Shown here piece by piece: positions 19,565-29,629 of a DNA stretch of 64,000 nt. The notes beneath the pieces were generated by a model that made no database searches, was not told where the DNA came from, and saw nothing but the letters and a program-made list of their open reading frames with translations. This stretch comes from Flavobacteriaceae bacterium UBA3339 (GTDB lineage: Bacteria; Bacteroidota; Bacteroidia; Flavobacteriales; Flavobacteriaceae). Position 1 is the stretch's first letter; every line of letters starts with the position of its first letter. Location: assembly GCA_002360925.1 (NCBI GenBank), contig DERN01000001.1, positions 7,806 through 71,805 on the forward strand, given 5' to 3'. The position numbers and the translations under genes are program-made.

Positions 19565-20785
19565 TTATTTACTAATATTATTTTCGTAATCAGATAAATA
19601 TTTCCATATATCTTCTATTTCAGGCCACACATTATCAGTAAAATCAGTATCGGTATTCACCAAAATTATTTTACCGATTTTAGTCGTAGGATTAAAATAC
19701 ATGGCAGTAAAAACTCCCGGATCAGAACCATTATGACCAATCATACTATTATTAACTTTTAAGAAACCATCTCTAAACTCAATGAATATTCCATAATTTT
19801 CTGTTTTTCCGTTATCTATAAATTCTTGTTTTTCAAACAGTTTTTTATAACTTTCTTTACTTAACAATTTTCCATTTCCTTCATATCCTTTTATTAATTC
19901 AGATAAAAATAGTCCTAAATCGTGACTAGATGTAATAAATCCTCCATCAGCATATGTTATAAGTGAATATTCGGCAATCATTTTTTCTTTGTTTGCAAAT
20001 AATCTTGTGCGTTTTGTAATGTCAATATCTTCAGATTTCCAACCTGAATGATGCATTTTTAATGGTTTTAATATATAATTTTGAGTAAAAGTTCGATAAT
20101 CTTGTCCAATTGCAGATTCTATAGCTAAAGCACAAAGAGCAGCAGCGATATTAGAATACTCACGCACTTCTCCAGGTTTCGAATTCAAAAACGTATTCTT
20201 TTTGTACCATTTACCATTTTCAGTCAAACTATTTTTCATGAAATCATGTAGAGATATATTTGTTTCGGGTTTATTGAAATAATCATAAACGCCTTCATTT
20301 TCATCATGTTTATCTTTAGCTAAAACATACGATTTTGCATAAATTTCATCTAAATCTGTAATTGAAGAAGTGTGATATGCCAAATGCTTAATCAATATCG
20401 GAACTTCAGGATGATTTGGATTGATAATTTTAAAAGGTAAATAATTATTGATTGGATCATTAAGATTTAATTTTCCTAATTCCTGCGCTTTAAGTAAAGA
20501 AATACCGATTAATGTCTTAGATATTGAAGCTATATTTTGAGTTGTACTCGATGTATATGTTTTATCTTCTTCAATATTTGTAAATCCAAATCCGTTTTCA
20601 TAAATCAATCCCTTTTCGTTAACTACAGAAACCGAAAATCCTTTAATAGCATCTTTTTCATATGCTAATTCTAAATTTTTAGTTAGTAGATCATTGGCTT
20701 TATCAGTCTTTACTTGGCTTTTAGAAACGGTTTTACAAGAAAACAGAAAGGTTGATGTAATAAGTATTAAAAGTATATTTTTCAT
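19565..20785 (-). CDS. Serine hydrolase, beta-lactamase/AmpC-like family lipoprotein
   Basis: SISK (SxxK), YSN, HNG motifs; lipobox LFSC. ATG 20785 preferred as start. Confidence 0.88.
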   Translation of the reverse strand: MKNILLILITSTFLFSCKTVSKSQVKTDKANDLLTKNLELAYEKDAIKGFSVSVVNEKGLIYENGFGFTNIEEDKTYTSSTTQNIASISKTLIGISLLKAQELGKLNLNDPINNYLPFKIINPNHPEVPILIKHLAYHTSSITDLDEIYAKSYVLAKDKHDENEGVYDYFNKPETNISLHDFMKNSLTENGKWYKKNTFLNSKPGEVREYSNIAAALCALAIESAIGQDYRTFTQNYILKPLKMHHSGWKSEDIDITKRTRLFANKEKMIAEYSLITYADGGFITSSHDLGLFLSELIKGYEGNGKLLSKESYKKLFEKQEFIDNGKTENYGIFIEFRDGFLKVNNSMIGHNGSDPGVFTAMYFNPTTKIGKIILVNTDTDFTDNVWPEIEDIWKYLSDYENNISK

Positions 20786-20803
20786 TGTAAAGGAAATAGC
20801 TAG

Positions 20804-20823
20804 TTTCACAAAATTGTTTCTAA
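20804..20823 (+). repeat. Direct repeat copy 2 flanking the serine hydrolase
   Basis: tttcacaaaattgtttctaa. Confidence 0.7.
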
Positions 20824-20864
20824 AAATACATAAATATTAAATATTTGAAGATATTTTAAAAAAT

Positions 20865-20897
20865 AAACCTCGTTTAAATCTTTTTTAAACGAGGTTT
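20865..20897 (-). terminator. Intrinsic terminator of the FAH gene
   Basis: aaacctcgtttaaa...tttaaacgaggttt. Confidence 0.75.
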
Positions 20898-20951
20898 GTG
20901 TTTGTTTTAAATTGTAATTACAATTTTGTAAACGGTTAATTATTTTAGTCG

Positions 20952-21938
20952 TTATTTTTTGTATTCTTTTACAACTTGGTTGATTTTTCCAAAAATAGAT
21001 TGACCTTCTTTATCTTTCATTTCAATTTCGATTCGGTCTCCAAAAGACATGAAAGGTGTTGAAGGTTTACCATCTTTTATTACTTCCAAACATCTAACTT
21101 CAGCTAAACAGCTAGCTCCGTTAAGGCTACCTTGATTAGCCACAGTTCCCGAACCAATTACAGTTCCTGCCATTAACGAACGAGTTTTAGCAGCATGCGC
21201 AATTAATTGTCCGAAATGAAATGTCATGTCAATTCCTGCATTTGGCGAACCAATCAATTTTCCGTTCAATGTTGAATTTAGAGGTAAATGAACTTTTCCG
21301 TCTTTCCAGCTATCTTCTAATTCATCAGGTGTAACAACAACAGGAGCAAAGGAAGTCCAAGGTTTTGATTGATAGAAACCAAACTGCTTAGATAGTTCGT
21401 TAGGAATTAAATTTCTTAGCGAAACATCGTTTATTATCGTAATCAATTTAATGTGTTTTAATGCTTCTTCCGGATTTAAACCTGCTGGAACGTCATCAGT
21501 TATTACCGCAACTTCCGATTCAAAATCAATTCCCCAATCTTCTTTTTCAATTTCAATATCATCATTTGCGCCAATAAACGCGTCAGAAGCTCCCATATAC
21601 ATTAAAGGATCTGTCCAAAAAGATTCTGGCAATTCTGCATTTCTAGCTTTGCGTACAAGTTCCACGTGCGTAACATAAGCACTTCCATCGGCCCAATGAT
21701 AAGCTCTTGGAATAGGAGCCATTACTTTTAAGGACGAAAAATCTAATACATTCGATAATTTATCAGAATTTAAATCTTCATAAACAGTTTGCAATTTGTT
21801 TTGAATTTCGTTCCAATTATCTAATGCAGATTGCATGGTTTCGGCAATTTCGGGAACTTTTACAGCTTTTGTTAATTCTTTATTAACTACTACCAATTGC
21901 CCGTCTCTTGTGTTGTTATCTATTGAAGCTAATTTCAT
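20952..21938 (-). CDS. Fumarylacetoacetate hydrolase family protein
   Basis: WADGSAY, IDFESEVAV, NDVSLRN, FGFYQSKP, GSGTV. Confidence 0.92.
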   Translation of the reverse strand: MKLASIDNNTRDGQLVVVNKELTKAVKVPEIAETMQSALDNWNEIQNKLQTVYEDLNSDKLSNVLDFSSLKVMAPIPRAYHWADGSAYVTHVELVRKARNAELPESFWTDPLMYMGASDAFIGANDDIEIEKEDWGIDFESEVAVITDDVPAGLNPEEALKHIKLITIINDVSLRNLIPNELSKQFGFYQSKPWTSFAPVVVTPDELEDSWKDGKVHLPLNSTLNGKLIGSPNAGIDMTFHFGQLIAHAAKTRSLMAGTVIGSGTVANQGSLNGASCLAEVRCLEVIKDGKPSTPFMSFGDRIEIEMKDKEGQSIFGKINQVVKEYKK

Positions 21939-22283
21939 TTAATATGTTTTTATCATTATTGTTTATGTAAAATATATAGGCAAATTGCAGAATAAATTCA
22001 GTCACGAAGTTTATCTTGTGATATACAAAAACCAATATATTTTAACATGCGCTAATTTACATTTTTTGACCAAACTAAACAGAAACACAACACCAAAAAG
22101 ATAAAAAATCTTCAACGTTGATTTTTAATTATAAAAAGAATAATGAAATGCGATGAAGAGAAATTTTGTTTTTATTAAAAAAACTATTTTGAAATTTCAA
22201 TTGTTATAATTGAGTTTGATTTTTGAAGTGGAAACTCATTTTAGTTTTATTTGCTGAGGTTTTTTATTATCTTAATAAAAAAA

Positions 22284-23048
22284 ATGTTTTTTACAGGATC
22301 TCGTCTTTTTTACGATCGCTATAGGTTAAATTCACCGAAGGGAAATTTCCAATTAAAGCTTACTCCCGAACAAATTATTTATCAATTTGCGGATACTATT
22401 GTAAAAGTTTTTCCTATTTTTAACCAAATACCTCATAGATTTAAGCTCAATTTTAGCAAACGTATTTTAAATTTTTTAAAACAATACGCGTTTTTAGCTA
22501 AAGAAAATGCATCATTAACCAATGCACAAAAAGTGGCTATTGCAGCAAGTTATGTAAAGCTTACATTGGGTTATCATCAATTTTTAATAAATACATTCGA
22601 TACCATTGTTGTTTATCCAACAGCACAATATTTTCCTCATTTAAACGAAACTCATACCGGACATTTTAATCCAAAGATGAAAGTCATTATGTTGGCTTTA
22701 GATGAATTTGAGCACGATATTTATTATAACGAAGATGGAAAAGATGTTGCATTACATGAGTTTACTCACGCATTGTGTTTTGAAATGATGCAAGCTTATG
22801 CTAAACATCCCGATGCAGATCAATTTAAAAAAGGATTCCGTTTAATTTTTGAGTGGATCGCTATTCCACAACATAAGATGAGGATTGATCAGATCGAATT
22901 TTTACGGGCTTATGCCTTTACTGATCGATTGGAATTAGTTTCGGTTTTAATTGAATTATTTTTTGAAAAAGAAACGATTTTTAAAACACATTTTCCCGAT
23001 TTGTATCAATATGTAGGCGGTATGATTAAACATCCGAAAACGAAATAG
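22284..23048 (+). CDS. Zinc-dependent peptidase (MtfA/M90-like)
   Basis: DGKDVALHEFTHAL (HExxH), LRAYA..E..E.FFE. Start uncertain (22251 or 22284). Confidence 0.8.
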   Translation: MFFTGSRLFYDRYRLNSPKGNFQLKLTPEQIIYQFADTIVKVFPIFNQIPHRFKLNFSKRILNFLKQYAFLAKENASLTNAQKVAIAASYVKLTLGYHQFLINTFDTIVVYPTAQYFPHLNETHTGHFNPKMKVIMLALDEFEHDIYYNEDGKDVALHEFTHALCFEMMQAYAKHPDADQFKKGFRLIFEWIAIPQHKMRIDQIEFLRAYAFTDRLELVSVLIELFFEKETIFKTHFPDLYQYVGGMIKHPKTK

Positions 23049-23206
23049 CTTTTAAATGCATTATCAATGTATTAACTAACAAATATGCAAATTCAGGTTA
23101 GAAATTAATTTCATTTATCGTATCAATCAATAGTTTTATTCTTAAAGAATATTGATTGGTCGACAATTTTTGTTGGTTAAATACTTTTTTTGGAAATTAG
23201 ACGATT

Positions 23207-24280
23207 ATGGAAGAAAGGACAATAAATCAAACAAAAATCACCAATTTAGTAGGAGTCATATTATTGGCAATATTGATATTCTTAATGATACCTTTATCAT
23301 ACGGAATGCAATTGCCTTTTGTATATTGGGTAAATCAGGTTGTTTTCTTTCTTTTATTACTTAGCCTTCTGTTTTTAAATACAAAATGGTTAGCTCCAAC
23401 TTTTCTTTTTCAAAAAAAATATTTTCAATATTATTTTATTTTATGTGTTGTATGCGCTTTAATGATATGGATACTTAAACACTCTGGAGAATGGTTAAAT
23501 CTGTCAGAAGAAATTCAGAAATCAGTTAAAGAAACGGGCTATAAACAAAAACATTGGGCTCGCGATCTCTCAGTGTTTTTTTATATTTTCCTTATTCAGA
23601 TTTTAATTTTAGGTGTAAATATTGCCGGAATATTAATAAAAAAATGGCAAGACGAGAAAAATGTCCGTTTAAGATTAGAAAAAGACAAGTTAGAAATGGA
23701 ACTTTCTTTTTTAAAATCTCAGATCAATCCGCACTTTTTTTTCAATAGCCTCAATACCATTAATGCATTAACTTATATTCAAGTAGAAGAATCTAGAAAA
23801 GCTATCAAGAAATTAGGCAACATCATGCGCCATCTTTTGTATAACACCACAGATCAAACATATACTTTAAAACAGGAAATAGATTTCATTAGAAATTATG
23901 TCGAGTTAATGAAAATGAGATCGCCTCAAAGAGTATTGATTGATTTTTTGGTAGATATAAAATCTCCAGAACTTAAAATTGCATCCATGATTTTTCTTCC
24001 TTTTATTGAAAATTCTTTTAAGCATGGAATAAGTGCTCAATCCGAAAGTCGTATAATTATTGGTATCGAAGAAAAGGATCATGTTCTTTTATTTTATACG
24101 AAGAATACAATTTTTGATAGGAATATAGAGGAAAAAGACGATAATAATTCACATCAAGGAATCGGAATACAGAATACCCGTCGTAGATTAGAATTATTAT
24201 ATCCCGATCAATATTCTTTGTCAATAACAAAGAATAAAGAGTTTAATTTACTTCTTAAAATTAATTTGAATGAAGATTAG
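23207..24280 (+). CDS. LytS/YehU-type sensor histidine kinase
   Basis: LKSQINPHFFFNSLN, PFIENSFKHG, GIGIQNTRRRL. Confidence 0.93.
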   Translation: MEERTINQTKITNLVGVILLAILIFLMIPLSYGMQLPFVYWVNQVVFFLLLLSLLFLNTKWLAPTFLFQKKYFQYYFILCVVCALMIWILKHSGEWLNLSEEIQKSVKETGYKQKHWARDLSVFFYIFLIQILILGVNIAGILIKKWQDEKNVRLRLEKDKLEMELSFLKSQINPHFFFNSLNTINALTYIQVEESRKAIKKLGNIMRHLLYNTTDQTYTLKQEIDFIRNYVELMKMRSPQRVLIDFLVDIKSPELKIASMIFLPFIENSFKHGISAQSESRIIIGIEEKDHVLLFYTKNTIFDRNIEEKDDNNSHQGIGIQNTRRRLELLYPDQYSLSITKNKEFNLLLKINLNED

Positions 24281-25004
24281 ATGTATAACGGTTGATGACG
24301 AGCCATTAGCTTTAAATATGGTTAGTACTTTTGTTAAAAAAACACCTTTCTTAGAACTTGCAGCGTCGTTTGATAATGCGATAGATGCTTTAGATTATAT
24401 TCAATCTAATGATGTCCAGCTTTTATTTCTTGATATTCAAATGGCAGGTTTGACCGGAATGGAGCTAGCTCGAATTTTAATGACAGATAATAATAAAACC
24501 AAACCATATATTGTTTTTACTACAGCTTACAGTGAATTTGCTTTAGAAAGTTATAAGGTAGAAGCCGCAGATTATATTTTAAAACCTTTCGATTACGAAG
24601 ATTTTATAAAAGCTGTTTCTAAAGTCCGTAATAGAATGGAACAAAAGAATGAATTGGTTGAAGGAATTCAAAACGAGCATCAGGATTATATCTTTATTAA
24701 AACAGATTCGCAAATTACAAGAGTCGAAATACGAAATATATTGTACATAGAAGCATTGAAAGATTATGTTAAGATACATGTAAATAATCATTCTAGCGCT
24801 ATATTGTCTTTGATGAGTTTAAAAAAACTGGAAGATAAATTAGCTCCTTATGGTTTTTTAAGAATTCACAGATCCTATATTATTTCTTTTGCTAATGTAG
24901 ACGCTCTTTTAAAAAACAGTATTAGAATTGGAGATAAAACCATTCCGGTAGGGGCAATTTACAAAGAAGAATATAACAGTTATGTAAATCAATGGATTAA
25001 GTAA
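24270..25004 (+). CDS. LytTR-family response regulator
   Basis: VDDEPLA, FLDIQM, YILKP, FLRIHRSYII. Confidence 0.94.
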   Translation: MKIRCITVDDEPLALNMVSTFVKKTPFLELAASFDNAIDALDYIQSNDVQLLFLDIQMAGLTGMELARILMTDNNKTKPYIVFTTAYSEFALESYKVEAADYILKPFDYEDFIKAVSKVRNRMEQKNELVEGIQNEHQDYIFIKTDSQITRVEIRNILYIEALKDYVKIHVNNHSSAILSLMSLKKLEDKLAPYGFLRIHRSYIISFANVDALLKNSIRIGDKTIPVGAIYKEEYNSYVNQWIK

Positions 25005-25246
25005 AACGTAATAAATGTCATCAGATATGAAAGATACATAGAAATCTTCAAAAAACTAATTATTCTATTTTAAAGAATTTGCTTGAATCTTGTTTATTTG
25101 TTAAAAGTATAAATTGTAGTGTTTAACTCAAAAAAACACGCTTTCGTCTATATGTTTTTTTAAGATGTCTTTAATTAAAGAGATTTGATAATTCAATTAG
25201 TAATCCTTTTTAATATTTATCAAAAAAATCAAATAGCAAGAAAGTT

Positions 25247-27706
25247 ATGAATCTTAAAAACATTACATTATTTTTATTTATTATCTGTTATCATGCTATA
25301 TGGGCTCAAAGTCCAAAAGCGCAGTTAACCGGCAGAGTAATTGACTCATTAAGCAAAGAAGCTGTTTATTACGCAACTATTTCTCTAAATCCGGTTGCTG
25401 ATGTTGAAAAAGTGAATGGCACGATAACGGATGAAAAAGGTAGTTTTACTTTAAAAGATATTGATCTGGGCTCGTATAATATTACGGTTGATTTTATGGG
25501 ATTTGAACCTAAAACCTTTTCAAATTTTACTTTAAAACCAGGCGAGAATAATTTAGGAACTATACTTCTTCAATCTAATGAAACATATCTTTCAGAAGTT
25601 GTTATTCAAGCAGACCGCCCGATCATTGAAAACCAAATAGATCGTTTGGTATACAATGCTGAACGAGATGTTACTTCTGCAGGCGGAAATGCAATAGATG
25701 TTTTACGAAAAGTACCCATGTTATCTGTTGATATAGAAGGAAACGTTTCATTAGCGGGGAGTCAAGGAGTGAGAATTTTGATTAATGGAAAACCTTCTGG
25801 AATGATGGCAAACAATATGGGAGACGCCTTAAAAATGATTCCAGCAGATCAAATTAGAAGTATAGAGGTTATTACAAGTCCTTCCGCAAAATATGATGCC
25901 GAAGGATCTTCAGGAATTATCAATATCATAACTAAAAAGAAGGATATTGCAGGAATAAACGGATCTGTTTCAGGAGGAATTGGAACCAGACATAATAATG
26001 GAAATGCAAGTTTAAATATAAGAAAAGGTAAACTTGGGATTGTTGCTAATTTAGGAGGCAATTATATGTGGCCACAGAACGTAACTAATGAATTCGAACA
26101 ATTTGACGTTTTAGGAAATCCGACAATCAAACAAAGTGCAAAAAATAAAACGACTCGTTCAGGTTTACGTGGCTCTGTTGGAATTGATTATGATTTAACA
26201 GATAACGATTTATTTTCGACAACCTTCTCTGCAAACACATTTGAGATGGGGAAAAACGGAGCTAATACGTCTCAGTTTTTCTCACCAAATAATGCCACAA
26301 CTTCCTTGGTTTCTCATTTAAATCAACAAAATAAAATCAATGGTTTTGATTGGTCGGTAGATTATATCCGAAAGTTTCAAAAACCAAAACAAGAATTGGC
26401 TATATCGGGGCAATTTTCAAGAAACAATAACAATACCGATTATACTACATGGTACGAAGAAGGTTTGCGTGTAGACGAAATGGGAATAAATAGAGGTGAA
26501 AATGATGAATTAACTTTTCAGGTAGATTATGTGCAACCAATAGGAAAATCAACTTTAGAAGTGGGAGCAAAAACTATTTTAAGAGATATATCAAGTGCAA
26601 TAAAAATTAGTGAATTTAGAAATGATGCTTATCAGTTACTAGATAATCGATCTTATGATTTCAATTATGATCAGGATGTTGTTGCAGCATATATTACATA
26701 TGGTTTTGATTTAGGGAAAAAATATCAGGTAAAAGCAGGTTTAAGAATGGAATATACCAACTTGGAAGGACAACCAGCTGGAGATATTCAAGCTTTTAAT
26801 AATAATTATACCAATTTATTACCAAGTGCCATTGTTTCCAGAAAATTAAGTCAAACATCAAGTTTGAAATTAAGTTACAATCAACGAATCCAAAGACCAA
26901 GTCTTTTTTATCTAAATCCTTTCAGAGATACTTCTGATCCCATTATTCAGAAACAAGGAAATCCCGAACTAAATCCCGAACTCTCGCATAATATTGAATT
27001 AGGTTATTCTACGTTTATTAAAAGAAATATGATTAATGCTTCGCTTTTTTACCGTAAAACAACTGATGTTATTGAAAGTTTAAATCAAATAGATCTTGTT
27101 ACAACACCAGGACAGCCGATTTCATTAACAACTTTTGAAAATATAGGGAACTACGAATCTTTTGGCGTTAACTTATTTGTTTCGGTTTCTCCAATCCAAA
27201 ATTTAACTTTAAGAAGCAATATCAGCTTATTTACCTATGAAGCAAAAGGAAACGCTTTTAGTACGGCGGTTAGTACCCAAACAGATGAAATGTATTTGAT
27301 GTATCGCGCATTTATTAATGCAAGTTATAAAATTGATAACAGTTTGATTGTAGAATCTTTTTTAATGTTGAATTCACCAAAGCATACATTCCAAGGAACA
27401 ACGCCCTCGTTTAGTATGTGGACTTTAGCGATAAAAAAAGAAATTATGGATAAAAAAGCGACAATAGGCTTAAGTGCTACAGATCCGTTTACCGAAAACA
27501 AAAAATTTAAATCGGAAGTGAAAACACCTGAATATTCACAGAATAATAGAATGAGTTTGCCTTTTAGATCGTTCGGAATCACTTTTAGTTACAATTTCGG
27601 AACAGCAGACACGAAAAGCAAAGCTAAGAAAGAAAGAGGAATTAAAAACGATGATCAGAAAAACGATGAGTCAAATCAAGGAACTCAAATGGGAAGTGGT
27701 ATGTAA
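25247..27706 (+). CDS. TonB-dependent receptor / outer-membrane beta-barrel with N-terminal CarboxypepD_reg-like domain
   Basis: Signal peptide; IEVITSPSAKYDAEGSSGIINI plug motif; GNPELNPE; FSYNFG. Confidence 0.88.
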   Translation: MNLKNITLFLFIICYHAIWAQSPKAQLTGRVIDSLSKEAVYYATISLNPVADVEKVNGTITDEKGSFTLKDIDLGSYNITVDFMGFEPKTFSNFTLKPGENNLGTILLQSNETYLSEVVIQADRPIIENQIDRLVYNAERDVTSAGGNAIDVLRKVPMLSVDIEGNVSLAGSQGVRILINGKPSGMMANNMGDALKMIPADQIRSIEVITSPSAKYDAEGSSGIINIITKKKDIAGINGSVSGGIGTRHNNGNASLNIRKGKLGIVANLGGNYMWPQNVTNEFEQFDVLGNPTIKQSAKNKTTRSGLRGSVGIDYDLTDNDLFSTTFSANTFEMGKNGANTSQFFSPNNATTSLVSHLNQQNKINGFDWSVDYIRKFQKPKQELAISGQFSRNNNNTDYTTWYEEGLRVDEMGINRGENDELTFQVDYVQPIGKSTLEVGAKTILRDISSAIKISEFRNDAYQLLDNRSYDFNYDQDVVAAYITYGFDLGKKYQVKAGLRMEYTNLEGQPAGDIQAFNNNYTNLLPSAIVSRKLSQTSSLKLSYNQRIQRPSLFYLNPFRDTSDPIIQKQGNPELNPELSHNIELGYSTFIKRNMINASLFYRKTTDVIESLNQIDLVTTPGQPISLTTFENIGNYESFGVNLFVSVSPIQNLTLRSNISLFTYEAKGNAFSTAVSTQTDEMYLMYRAFINASYKIDNSLIVESFLMLNSPKHTFQGTTPSFSMWTLAIKKEIMDKKATIGLSATDPFTENKKFKSEVKTPEYSQNNRMSLPFRSFGITFSYNFGTADTKSKAKKERGIKNDDQKNDESNQGTQMGSGM

Positions 27707-27800
27707 AAAATATCTATTTATAAGTAATAATCGTTTCTTTTGATTGGTCATTAAATTATAAAAAGTCTATTTTTGCTTTTTTAATTTAAAATAGTCCATA

Positions 27801-27977
27801 ATGAACGAATTGATCGAAAAAATCAATGCAGAATTTGAAACTTTTAAATCAGATTCTGAAGAGCAAATGTCAAAAGGAAATAAAGCTGCGGGAACAAGAG
27901 CTCGTAAAGCAACTTTAAACTTAGAAAAGCTTTTGAAAGAATTTAGAAAAGCATCGTTAGAAGCTTCTAAAGCTTAA
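27801..27977 (+). CDS. Histone H1-like protein (Hc1 family), 58 aa, absent from the ORF track
   Basis: Hand translation MNELIEKINAEFETFKSDSEEQMSKGNKAAGTRARKATLNLEKLLKEFRKASLEASKA; KGNKAAGxRARK signature; own terminator. Confidence 0.9.
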   Translation: MNELIEKINAEFETFKSDSEEQMSKGNKAAGTRARKATLNLEKLLKEFRKASLEASKA

Positions 27978-28011
27978 TAATAATCCCTCCGTTTTCGGAG
28001 GGATTATTATT
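27976..28011 (+). terminator. Intrinsic terminator
   Basis: aataataatccctccg-tttt-cggagggattattatt. Confidence 0.85.
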
Positions 28012-28164
28012 TTGTTTTCATCCAAAAATAAAGAGTCTCTAGCATTAAACGCTTTCTATATCAAGAAGCTTATAATAACGAAAAGAGTCAAATTATTATA
28101 TCAATATTAAATAACACGTTATTATAAATTAAATCTTATTTTTAGCTTTTATATAATTTATAAC

Positions 28165-28776
28165 ATGAAATTGAAGACGAATTTATCCAGGTTGGGTGTT
28201 TTAATTTTAACCATTATATTTCTTATGACAGCCGTTGTATTTGAAATTTTAGAATTAGGCTCGTTACCGGCTCAGTTTTTTGGAACACTTTTAGGTGTAG
28301 TCATTACAGCGATTATTACGGTTTTACTTTTGCAAGGACAAACTAAAAGTGAAGAATCTAGAGAGCGTAATCTTATGGTTTTTGAGAAAAAACAAGAGGT
28401 TTACTTTCATTTTTTGACTCAATTGAACGTTATTTTACAAAAAGAAAATCTAACGCTTCATCTTAATCATGCAAAGATTTTAGAAAAAGAAGTAAACAGC
28501 CTACAGGATTTACTTTTTGAAATAGGTTATTTGCAAATGCACACTTCTTCTGAAACATTTGATAAAATATTGAAACTGGTAGGAAATTTATTAGAAGAAA
28601 GTAAAAAACTAAAAAGAGTAGATATTAAATCAGAAAAAGATTTTGAAGCCTATTATAAAGTTTTATCAAAAGATTTTTTTGTTATTGTATCACTTTTAAA
28701 GTTAGAGTTATATAAATCGACTCCGGCAAATATTGATAACGAGCAATTAGAACGCATTATTAAACTTTCATTTTAA
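28165..28776 (+). CDS. Hypothetical membrane protein
   Basis: Two N-terminal TM helices (GVVITAIITVLLLQGQT) then a helical domain. Confidence 0.75.
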   Translation: MKLKTNLSRLGVLILTIIFLMTAVVFEILELGSLPAQFFGTLLGVVITAIITVLLLQGQTKSEESRERNLMVFEKKQEVYFHFLTQLNVILQKENLTLHLNHAKILEKEVNSLQDLLFEIGYLQMHTSSETFDKILKLVGNLLEESKKLKRVDIKSEKDFEAYYKVLSKDFFVIVSLLKLELYKSTPANIDNEQLERIIKLSF

Positions 28777-28820
28777 TTTTGTTTGAAATTTTTTTATTCT
28801 AACAGTAAAAAACGGAACCT

Positions 28821-29459
28821 ATGAAAATTGAAAATATTTTTGATAACAATAAAGAATGGATTAAAGAAAATCTTTCAATCGACAAAGATTACTTTAAAAA
28901 CTTGGCTAAAGATCAAACGCCGGAAATTCTTTATATAGGTTGTTCAGATAGTCGTGTTTCGGCCGAAGAACTTATGGGAATTGAACCAGGAGTTGCTTTT
29001 GTTCACCGAAATATTGCCAATATTGTTCCCAATATGGATATAAATTCTAAATCGGTAATAGATTATGCTGTTAGCCATTTAAAGGTAAAACATATTGTAA
29101 TTTGCGGACATTATGATTGCGGAGGAATAAAAGCCGCAATGGGAGATGAGAATTTGGGAATTTTAAATCCTTGGCTGGGAAATATTCGCGATGTTTATCG
29201 TTTGCATTTTACAGAACTAAATTGTATTCAAGATCTTAGCAAAAGGTGCGATCGATTGGTAGAGTTAAATGTTGCAGAACAATGTTTAAATGTTTTAAAA
29301 ATTTCGAATATTCAAGAAGCTATTTTAAATAAACAATTAACCATTTATGGTTGGGTTTTTGATATTAAAACAGGATTATTGATTGACTTAACAAGTCAAA
29401 TAATGAATGAATTTAAAATGAATGCTTCTCAAGCAAAAGAAATATATCGTATAAAGTAG
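28821..29459 (+). CDS. can: Beta-class carbonic anhydrase
   Basis: IGCSDSRV, HRNIAN, CGHYDCGG. Confidence 0.93.
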   Translation: MKIENIFDNNKEWIKENLSIDKDYFKNLAKDQTPEILYIGCSDSRVSAEELMGIEPGVAFVHRNIANIVPNMDINSKSVIDYAVSHLKVKHIVICGHYDCGGIKAAMGDENLGILNPWLGNIRDVYRLHFTELNCIQDLSKRCDRLVELNVAEQCLNVLKISNIQEAILNKQLTIYGWVFDIKTGLLIDLTSQIMNEFKMNASQAKEIYRIK

Positions 29460-29495
29460 ATTTTAGAAAAGATTTATTAGGTTATAAAATTAATA

Positions 29496-29526
29496 ATATG
29501 AGATTTTTTCTAGAAAAATCTCATAT
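29496..29526. terminator. Near-perfect palindrome / bidirectional terminator
   Basis: atatgagattttttctagaaaaatctcatat (one bulged base) between convergent genes. Confidence 0.65.
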
Positions 29527-29629
29527 CTAATCTCAACTTTTACCTGTTTCTTTTATATAATTTTTTAAATTCTTTAGAAGGAAGTTTTATCAGTCTGTTT
29601 AAATAATAAAATCTAACGTTTATTTGTTA

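Noticed and set aside
19565..20785. Bona fide beta-lactam resistance gene
   Set aside because: SxxK/YxN/HxG motifs are shared by many esterases and peptidases; activity cannot be inferred.
25100..25246. LytTR direct-repeat site upstream of the TonB-type receptor
   Set aside because: Only a 4-bp GTCT recurrence at 21 bp; not distinguishable from chance.
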